A model generated the notes under the pieces. The model saw only the letters and a program-made list of their open reading frames with translations, did not search any database and was not told where the DNA came from. DNA of 64,000 nt from Acidimicrobiaceae bacterium (GTDB lineage Bacteria > Actinomycetota > Acidimicrobiia > Acidimicrobiales > Bog-793): positions 34,064 through 98,063 of the forward strand of contig PLPK01000011.1 of NCBI GenBank assembly GCA_003159795.1. Reading direction: 5' to 3'. How positions within the stretch are numbered: the first letter of the stretch is position 1; the number at the start of each line of letters is the position of its first letter. The position numbers and the translations under genes were made by a program. This document shows, piece by piece, positions 25,913-32,612 of this stretch.

Positions 25913-27466
25913 TCAGCTTGCGGCGAGCGAACGCCGTGCCCGCTCCCTGACGATCGTCTGGGCATGCCGCTTGTGGGGGTTGGCGACGACCCAGATGACC
26001 CCGATGATGGCCCAGAGGACAACGACCCCGATGGCCTTGTAGGCGTCGCCCGGCGTCGTGCCGGACCCGGTGACGGCTATGTACAGGACGCCAAGCATCT
26101 CGAACACGTTCAAGACCAGCCCTAGCCCCGGGATCGCGATGTGCTTGACCAGGTGCCGATCGTGACGGCTGGCAAAGGCCACCAGGGCAATGCCGCAAGT
26201 CGCCCCATAGACGATGAACGTCCCGAGGTTGGAAGCCAGCGTGATCTGGGTCAGGTTGTCGACCTGGTAGGGGTTGCACCCGAAGACCCCGAAGGCAGCC
26301 GACACGATTGTGAGCACGAGCACGCCGCCGTACGGGCTGGCGAAGCGGCCGTGGAGCAGGCCCAGCACGGCGGGCATCTCCTTGTCCTTCGACATGGCGT
26401 AGGTGATGCGAACAGCGGTGTTGAGACTGGCAAGGGCGGTGCCGACCAGCGCCAGCAGGACCGTGAAGGCAACCAGGATGGCGAGCGTCTGCCCCGTGTT
26501 GCCTAGGTAGTGGTTGCCGACGGTCTTGATCATGTCGCCTATGGGCGCCGCGTCCTGACCGGCCGCCGCGTACCCGTTGCCCGCTGCGGTAGTAAGGGAG
26601 GCGCCGCCGATGGCAAGGTTGGCCGAGAAGTACTCGAACAGGTAGCACACCCCACCCTGAATCAGGAGGCTGATCAGCACGCCGCGCTTGATGTCCCGGT
26701 GCGGGTTGACGGCCTCCGACCCGAGCGCAGTGACCGATTCGAACCCGACCAGCAACAAGATGGCAATGGTCGACTGGTACAGCATGTCGATGACGCTGTG
26801 GGGGATGATGACGTGTACCGCACTGGCTCGCTCGAAGCCGCCGACTGCCTGGCCGTGGGCTATCCGGAACCAGATGAACAGCACGCTTACGAGCAACAAA
26901 CAGGTGATCTGGATCACGTTGATCGCGATGGAAGTCATGGTCGACCCGTTGATGCCCCGGTAGGAGATATAGCCCACCAACGCGGCAAACAGGATGGCCA
27001 CGATGGCGAGGGGGACGTAGGTCAACGTGTGGTGAAAGATGGCAGAGTACAGGTAGCCGAACAGCGTCGCCGTGTATGCCACCATGATCCCGGGATAGAT
27101 CCAGTAGTAAAGGTGGCTTATCCAGCCCACGCTCATCTTGGCCAAGCGAGCGTACCGCTGGTGCTCCGGGCGCTCCTTGTCCAAAAAAGCGGCCTCTGCG
27201 AAGTAGTAGCTGGAGCCGGTGCCAGCGTCAGGGTAGATCCTGGCCAGTTCCGCGTAGCTGTAGGCCGTCAGCATGGCCAAGATCAAGGCAAGAAATAGGC
27301 CGGCCCACATCCCGTCCGCCGTTGACGAGCCATGTCGCGACAACGCGGCCTGGGTCTGGAACGTCGTCCACAAGAAGGCGCCCGGCGCGATCAATGCCAT
27401 GGCGTTGACGGTTACCCCCGTCAACGTCAGACTTCGTCGCATTTCGCCCGCGCTGGTATCAGCCAT
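25913..27466 (-). CDS. APC-superfamily amino acid/polyamine permease
   Basis: About 12 TM segments with a typical APC N-terminus (SLTLTGVTVNAMALIAPGAFLW). I preferred the ATG at 27466 behind GAGAGGAG. The track ORF starts at 27484. Confidence 0.88.
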   Translation of the reverse strand: MADTSAGEMRRSLTLTGVTVNAMALIAPGAFLWTTFQTQAALSRHGSSTADGMWAGLFLALILAMLTAYSYAELARIYPDAGTGSSYYFAEAAFLDKERPEHQRYARLAKMSVGWISHLYYWIYPGIMVAYTATLFGYLYSAIFHHTLTYVPLAIVAILFAALVGYISYRGINGSTMTSIAINVIQITCLLLVSVLFIWFRIAHGQAVGGFERASAVHVIIPHSVIDMLYQSTIAILLLVGFESVTALGSEAVNPHRDIKRGVLISLLIQGGVCYLFEYFSANLAIGGASLTTAAGNGYAAAGQDAAPIGDMIKTVGNHYLGNTGQTLAILVAFTVLLALVGTALASLNTAVRITYAMSKDKEMPAVLGLLHGRFASPYGGVLVLTIVSAAFGVFGCNPYQVDNLTQITLASNLGTFIVYGATCGIALVAFASRHDRHLVKHIAIPGLGLVLNVFEMLGVLYIAVTGSGTTPGDAYKAIGVVVLWAIIGVIWVVANPHKRHAQTIVRERARRSLAAS

Positions 27467-27981
27467 GCACTGTGCTCCTCTCATTATCGGTCGTCAGTGG
27501 TGCCCCAGGCCCATGTGGGCACCCGTTGCGCTTGAAGTGAAGGTAAACCTGCCGCGTTTCCCCGCCATATCTGAAATGTGAAATCAGCGTTACTTAGGCC
27601 ATGGCTAGCGCGAGGTCAGGTTTCCCTAATCACTACTTGGAGGACGCGTTCGCGGCGCTGTGCAGTTTCTGTCCGGCGCCGCGAGGCAGGTCAACCACTC
27701 AGCAGAAGCCTTTGGCTTTGGGGCCGCCCTCCCCCTCCGGCTGTCTTTACCTCTCGTACTGGCCCTGCCGCCCGTGGTCGTACGCCACGTCCGGGCGGCG
27801 CTCCGGCGGCCCGGCCGGTCGGGCGGCAGTCGCGGTCCCGGCGGGGTACGTGGCGTCTATCAGGGCGGGCCTGTGCTGCGCGTTCGTCTTCGTTGTCTTC
27901 GTGGAGAGCATGGGGGCCGAGGTCGCCGGCGAGGTTCTCCAGGCGGGTGACAAGGCCGATGCCACTTGAGCTGGTCTTATC

Positions 27982-27996
27982 TGGCTGGCGGGGGAG
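27982..27996. repeat. left copy of the 15-bp direct repeat (orphan tRNA-Gln 3' fragment)
   Basis: TGGCTGGCGGGGGAG is identical to 29273-29287. The flanking bases differ on both sides in both copies, so the repeat is exactly 15 bp. Confidence 0.85.
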
Positions 27997-29272
27997 TGCG
28001 TGATTTCAGGACATAAGCGACAACGACGCCGCTGATGTGTCAAGACATCGGAGACAGTGACGAAGGGGGTCTCCGGTGGACAAGGGACGTTTCCTCATCG
28101 AGCGCCACCTGAAGGAGGGGACGCCGATCGCCGAGCTGGCGGCGGCCAACGGCATGCACCGGAGCTGGCTCTACAAGCTCCTCGCCCGCTACGAGGCCGA
28201 AGGTGAGCCCGGGCTCGTCCCCCGCTCGCGCCGCCCGCACCGCTCGCCTGCTCGGATCTCCGACCTGTTCGAAGACGAGATCGTGCGGCTGAGAAAGTCC
28301 CTCGCGGACGCCGGGTGGGACGCCGGCGCCGAGACGATCCACGAGCACCTGGCCCAGCGCCACTGCCAGGTCCCGTCGGTTTCCACCATCTGGCGGGTAC
28401 TCCGGGCCCGGGGCTTTGTCACCCCCCAGCCCCACAAGCGCCCCCGGAACTCCTACGTCCGCTTCGCCGCCGAGCTCCCCAATGAGTGCTGGCAGATTGA
28501 CACCACCCACGTCCGCCTGGCCGACGGGAGCGACGTCGAGATCCTCAACGTGATCGACGACCACTCCCGCCTCTGCGTCGGGGCCCGGGCCCGCAGCGTC
28601 TACACCGCGGCCGAGGTGGTGGCGGTGTTCTCGCACTCGATCGGCCGATTCGGCGCCCCGGCGGCCGTCCTCTCGGACAACGGGGCCATCTTCACCGCCG
28701 CCTACCGCTTCGGGGTGGGAGCCCTGGAGGCCGAGCTCGCCTCGTTGGGCGTCGACTTCAAACACTCCCGGCCCTATCACCCCCAGACCTGCGGGAAGGT
28801 CGAGCGGTTCCACCAGACCATGAAGAAGTACCTGCACCGCCAGGCCGCTCCGGGATCGCTGCGCACCCTCCAAGCCCAGATCGACCGGTTTGTCGAGTAC
28901 TACAACACCACCCGCCCGCACCGCTCGCTGGGGCGACGCACCCCCGCTGAGGTGTTCTCCGCCCGGGCCAAGGCCCATCCCCGGCTGCCCCCGGGGCCGG
29001 GCGACCACCGCCTCCGTCACGACCGGGTCGATCCGGGGGGCAAGCTCACCCTGCGCCACAACGGGCGGCTCCACCACATTGGGGTCGGGCGGGACGATGC
29101 CGGCGAGGCCGTCGCCATCTTCGTTTCCGGGCGCGAGGTGCGAATTGTCAGCGAAGAAGGCGAACTGATCCGCCAATTCGAGCTGGACCCTCGCGGGACT
29201 ACCAGCCGATGAGCTGAACCAGGTGTCTACTATGTCTCGCGACATCGTCTCCGATGTCTCGCGACAGGACAA
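27997..29272 (+). mobile_element. IS481-family insertion sequence (1276 bp) flanked by a 15-bp target duplication
   Basis: It holds a single DDE transposase. Subterminal motifs GACAT-N4-GAC(A/G) occur twice at each end in inverted orientation (28010-28022, 28044-28056; reverse complement at 29224-29236, 29246-29258). The outer copies lie 13-14 nt from the direct repeats. Confidence 0.8.
28076..29212 (+). CDS. IS481-family DDE transposase (rve integrase core)
   Basis: N-terminal HTH (GTPIAELAAANGMHRSWLYKLLARY), then ECWQIDTTHV, VIDDHSR, VLSDNGAIF and RPYHPQTCGKVERFHQTMKK, the DD(35)E catalytic core. GTG start behind AAGGGGG. Confidence 0.9.
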   Translation: MDKGRFLIERHLKEGTPIAELAAANGMHRSWLYKLLARYEAEGEPGLVPRSRRPHRSPARISDLFEDEIVRLRKSLADAGWDAGAETIHEHLAQRHCQVPSVSTIWRVLRARGFVTPQPHKRPRNSYVRFAAELPNECWQIDTTHVRLADGSDVEILNVIDDHSRLCVGARARSVYTAAEVVAVFSHSIGRFGAPAAVLSDNGAIFTAAYRFGVGALEAELASLGVDFKHSRPYHPQTCGKVERFHQTMKKYLHRQAAPGSLRTLQAQIDRFVEYYNTTRPHRSLGRRTPAEVFSARAKAHPRLPPGPGDHRLRHDRVDPGGKLTLRHNGRLHHIGVGRDDAGEAVAIFVSGREVRIVSEEGELIRQFELDPRGTTSR

Positions 29273-29287
29273 TGGCTGGCGGGGGAG
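29273..29287. repeat. right copy of the 15-bp direct repeat (functional 3' end of tRNA-Gln)
   Basis: Identical to 27982-27996. It corresponds to tRNA positions from the T-stem 3' strand through CCA. Confidence 0.85.
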
Positions 29288-29348
29288 GACTCGAACCTCC
29301 AACCTCCTGATCCAAAGTCAGGCGTTCTGCCTCTTGAACTACCCGCCA
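29273..29348 (-). tRNA. tRNA-Gln (anticodon UUG), CCA encoded
   Basis: Hand-folded cloverleaf: acceptor TGGCGGG/CCCGCCA, D arm GTTC-aagaggca-GAAC, anticodon arm CCTGA-CTTTGGA-TCAGG (U33-UUG-G37), T arm GGAGG-TTCGAGT-CCTCC, discriminator G, CCA. Total 76 nt. Confidence 0.9.
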
Positions 29349-29436
29349 CCGAACCACGTAACTCCGACGCTGGTAACCACGCTGAGCACACCTGATCCGC
29401 GCGTCAGCGGGTCTCCAGCCTCGCGCAGACGATCAC

Positions 29437-29748
29437 CTACGCGAGCAATTTCAACTGAGCGACCGACGGAAGGAAGTGGAACTTCTCCATCAACATCGCC
29501 TCGCCGTCGCCGCCCCCGGCGCAGTCGTCCGCCGAACGGATCGTCGAGCGGCCCGAGATCTGCCAGGTGAGATGCTCACTCGCCTCGCTCGCGGATTTCG
29601 GGACGGTGACCTTCACCGACGCGATGCCGACCGAGGGCCCGCCTCGCGGGCCGCTCGCCGCGTTCTCCGCTTCGGCGATCGAGATGGAGGCCGGTTCGGC
29701 CGTGCTCGCGCTGCCAGGATCGCTCGATCCCACCGGCGAGAACTTCAC
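29437..29748 (-). CDS. hypothetical protein (103 aa)
   Basis: A GTG-start ORF with consistently G/C-ending codons and beta-strand-like segments (VKVTVPK, HLTWQISGRS, MLMEKFHF). I recognise no family. It lies between bS22 (divergent) and tRNA-Gln. Confidence 0.4.
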   Translation of the reverse strand: MKFSPVGSSDPGSASTAEPASISIAEAENAASGPRGGPSVGIASVKVTVPKSASEASEHLTWQISGRSTIRSADDCAGGGDGEAMLMEKFHFLPSVAQLKLLA

Positions 29749-29989
29749 GGATACCTGGAAAGCGACATAACCCTCGCGAAGGGGGTCATGCCGACAACCA
29801 GCCGCCGCACCGTTCCCGGGTGGGCCGGAACCACACGGCGTGCGGCGAGGATGCCCACTTGCTCAGACCGGGCGCGACGAGCGCGGCCGCGCGCGGACCG
29901 GCTCCTTCGGTGACCATTGGGCCTCCGGGCCGGTGCTGTCGCCGGTCGTGGAAACTGTTCGGTCTCCATCAGCTAACGTCGGCGAAGCC

Positions 29990-30085
29990 ATGGGATCTCT
30001 GATCAAGAAGCGCCGCAAGCGCATGCGCAAGAAGAAGCACAAGAAGATGCTGAAGCGCACGCGTTGGCAGCGTCGCGGCAAGTAG
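29990..30085 (+). CDS. actinobacterial small ribosomal protein bS22
   Basis: [31 protein letters not shown] (31 aa) closely resembles the mycobacterial bS22 sequence as I recall it ([25 protein letters not shown]...). It is the terminal part of track ORF 29840..30085. Confidence 0.8.
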   Translation: [31 protein letters not shown]

Positions 30086-30150
30086 CCAGACTCACCACCC
30101 GCGTCGAGATACACCGCCGGTCCGGCCATCGCGGCTCGGGTCGCGTGGCT

Positions 30151-30948
30151 TCAGGCGGCGGCGTGAGCGACCTCGACGACCGCGCGCAGCCCCTCGGAGA
30201 CGATCGCGGCCGAGAGTGAGTTCGCCATCGCCGAGGCGCCGCGTGGGTCGCACTCCAGGAACCACGTCGCCCCGCTCCCGGCGAGCGTCGGCCGTCGTCC
30301 GGCCAGTTCCGCGAACAGGTCCCGGAACCGGCCGAGCCGCGGCTCGACGACGAGCGCCGCCCTCTCAAGGTCGTTCCGCGAGGCCCCCCGCTCCGGCGCG
30401 CCGACCTCGTCGAAGGCCTTGTAGACGGCCGCGGTCGGCACGCCGAACGACGGCGTGAAGAGCAGGACCGTCATCTCGACCGGCGCGAGCGCCTGCACGA
30501 TCTCGCCGACGCCCCGCACGATGGCGTGACCACCCGACAGGCAGAACGGGACGTCGGCACCGAGCCGCGACGCGAGCATGGGATCCCCGACGCCCGCCCA
30601 GCGAAGCGTCGCGGCGGCGTCCGCCGAACCGCCCCCGAGACCCGCCCCCGGCGGAATCCGCTTCATGAGGCGCACGTGCGCCGTTCGTCCCGCGAGCTCG
30701 AGAGCCCGGACGACGAGGTTCTCCCGGGTGGGCACGTCAAGGAGCACCGGCTCGGCGGCTCCCAGTCCGACCCAGCCGATCTGGTCGACGATCTCGAGAC
30801 CGTCTCCCTCGCTGAACTCGAGCTCGTCGGCGAAATCAAGCGCGACCATCTCCGCCTCGATGAGGTGGTAGCCGTCGTCGCGTCGCCCGGTGACGCGAAA
30901 CGACCGGGTCAGCTTGGCGGGCGCGAGCGATCGATCGACTTCTGGCAT
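30151..30948 (-). CDS. ispE: 4-diphosphocytidyl-2-C-methyl-D-erythritol kinase
   Basis: APAKLTRSFRVTGRRDDGYHLIE and the GHMP motif PPGAGLGGGSADAAA are present. I used the ATG at 30948. The 439-aa track ORF upstream of it is Arg-rich overlap with rsmA. Confidence 0.88.
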   Translation of the reverse strand: MPEVDRSLAPAKLTRSFRVTGRRDDGYHLIEAEMVALDFADELEFSEGDGLEIVDQIGWVGLGAAEPVLLDVPTRENLVVRALELAGRTAHVRLMKRIPPGAGLGGGSADAAATLRWAGVGDPMLASRLGADVPFCLSGGHAIVRGVGEIVQALAPVEMTVLLFTPSFGVPTAAVYKAFDEVGAPERGASRNDLERAALVVEPRLGRFRDLFAELAGRRPTLAGSGATWFLECDPRGASAMANSLSAAIVSEGLRAVVEVAHAAA

Positions 30949-31778
30949 GCCGCCAGCTTGCCCCACGCCACGACATCGAGCTGCTCGGCGCGCAGTCGTG
31001 CGTCGACACCTGCGGCATCGAACGCCGCGGGGACGACAAGCCCGGCGAGCGAACGGCGGAGCATCTTCCGCCGGCCACCGAAACCGGCCCGCACGAGCGC
31101 GTCGATCTCGGCGTAGCTCGCGAGATCCACAGGGACCGCGGGCTGCGGACGCCTGTCGATCGCGACGAGGACAGAGTCGACTCTCGGGCGCGGATGGAAG
31201 ACGGCGGGGGGCACGCGCCCGACGACGCGAGCCGTCGCGAAGTAGGCGACGCGGACCGTCACGGCACCATAGGTGCGGTTGCCGGGCGGGGCAGCGAAGC
31301 GCGCGCCCACTTCGGCCTGGACCATGACGAGCATGCGAGCGATGGCGGGCACGTCCTTCAGCAATCCCACGACGAGCGGCGTCGCCACGTTGTACGGCAG
31401 GTTCGCGACGAGAACCCAGCCGGGGGCGGGTCGTTCGCCGGTCGCCAGGATCTCGTCCCAGTCGCAACACAGCGCGTCGGCCTCGACGACGCGGACCGTG
31501 TCCGGGACGAGCGAGCCCAGCTCGGCGACGAGCCGGTGATCGATCTCGACGGCGGTCACCTGCGCCCCGGTCCCGGCGAGGGCACAGGTCAGCGCGCCGA
31601 GTCCCGCCCCCACCTCGACGACCCGGTCTCCCGTGGCCACCCCGGCGAGGCGCGCGATCCGCTCGACGGTGTTGGGATCGACGACGAAGTTCTGTCCGAG
31701 GGCCTTCTTCGGGTTGATGTTCCGCGCGTCGAGCAACGCGCGCAGCTCACGCCGTCCGAGCGGTCGTCGCCCGGCCAT
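30909..31778 (-). CDS. rsmA: 16S rRNA (adenine1518/1519-N6)-dimethyltransferase
   Basis: KALGQNFVVDPN, VVEVGAGLGALT and NLPYNVATP are KsgA signatures. Confidence 0.9.
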   Translation of the reverse strand: MAGRRPLGRRELRALLDARNINPKKALGQNFVVDPNTVERIARLAGVATGDRVVEVGAGLGALTCALAGTGAQVTAVEIDHRLVAELGSLVPDTVRVVEADALCCDWDEILATGERPAPGWVLVANLPYNVATPLVVGLLKDVPAIARMLVMVQAEVGARFAAPPGNRTYGAVTVRVAYFATARVVGRVPPAVFHPRPRVDSVLVAIDRRPQPAVPVDLASYAEIDALVRAGFGGRRKMLRRSLAGLVVPAAFDAAGVDARLRAEQLDVVAWGKLAACQKSIDRSRPPS

Positions 31779-31781
31779 GGC

Positions 31782-32612
31782 TCAGGCGCCGAGCAAGAAG
31801 ACAGCCGACACGTTGGCGTTCGTCGCCGCCGCGAGGTCCTCGGGGGGTTCGCCGCGCACCTCGGCGAGCGCGGCGCCGACGAGCGTGACGTAGGCCGGCT
31901 CGTTCGGCTTGCCGCGATGCGGGGCCGGCGCGAGAAAGGGTGCGTCCGTCTCGACGAGCAGGCGGTCCGCCGGGCACGCGGCGGCCGCCTCCCGGATGCC
32001 GTCCGCGTTCTTGAATGTGACGATCCCGCTGAACGAAAGGTAGGCGCCGAGATCGAGGCAGCGACGCGCCTCGGCCGCTCCCCCGGTGAAGCAGTGGATG
32101 ACCGTCCGCTCCGGCGGGCCACACGAGCCGAGGATCTCGAATGTGTCGTCCCACGCGTCGCGCGTGTGGACGACGAGGGCGAGGCCGTGCTGTTTGGCGA
32201 GCAAGATCTGCGCGGCGAAGGCCTCGCGCTGGGCATCGCGCGGCGAGTGTTCGTAGTGGTAGTCGAGCCCGCACTCGCCGATTGCGACCACTGTCCCCGG
32301 TGGCTTCCGTCCCGGCACGCCCCCGAGCCGTCCCACGAGGTCGGTGATCGCCGCGACGCCGTGGGACGCCTCGTGCGGGTGTAGGCCGACCGCCGCCCAC
32401 ACCGCGACGCCAGCGCGTGGCCCCACCTCGCTGCGGGCGAGCTCGACCGCCTGGCGGGACTCCTCCTCGGCCGTCCCGATGCAAACGAGCCGGTCGACGC
32501 CAGCGGCGGCGGCGCGACGGATCACCGCCTCCGCGCCGCCGGGGTCGTCGAGGTAGGCGTCCTGGATGTGGCAGTGGCTGTCGGTCCAGCGGAGAGGCGA
32601 CCCGGCGCTCAT
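31782..32612 (-). CDS. tatD: TatD-family metal-dependent DNase/hydrolase
   Basis: WTDSHCHI, AVGLHPHEA, GECGLDYHY, VVHTRDA and ETDAPFLAP are present. The ATG at 32612 overlaps the metG stop (ATGA). Confidence 0.88.
   Translation of the reverse strand: MSAGSPLRWTDSHCHIQDAYLDDPGGAEAVIRRAAAAGVDRLVCIGTAEEESRQAVELARSEVGPRAGVAVWAAVGLHPHEASHGVAAITDLVGRLGGVPGRKPPGTVVAIGECGLDYHYEHSPRDAQREAFAAQILLAKQHGLALVVHTRDAWDDTFEILGSCGPPERTVIHCFTGGAAEARRCLDLGAYLSFSGIVTFKNADGIREAAAACPADRLLVETDAPFLAPAPHRGKPNEPAYVTLVGAALAEVRGEPPEDLAAATNANVSAVFLLGA

Noticed and set aside
27747-28043. 98-aa minus-strand ORF spanning the orphan tRNA fragment and the IS left end
   Set aside because: It crosses the IS boundary and the direct repeat, so it cannot pre-date the insertion. 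It has no motif. The better-looking frame in this region lacks a start codon.
28038-29266. Narrower IS boundaries, based on the TGTC...GACA termini with the shared core GACATCGGAGAC
   Set aside because: The 6-bp flanks at these positions (ctgatg and ggacaa) do not match. The exact 15-bp duplication, with symmetric subterminal motifs 13-14 nt inside it, explains the structure better.
28040-29302. 420-aa minus-strand ORF covering the whole IS
   Set aside because: It is antisense to a transposase with an intact DDE core. It also runs across the IS boundary and into the tRNA, which is implausible for a real gene.
30949-31470. N-terminal 174 codons of the 439-aa ispE track ORF, with analogous long N-terminal extensions of rsmI (to 35704), the toroid protein (55947..58013), deoA, tatD, the BMP protein and punA
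   Set aside because: The extensions are Arg-rich, overlap the upstream genes, and precede internal starts that have SD sequences and/or stop-start overlaps and give family-typical protein lengths.
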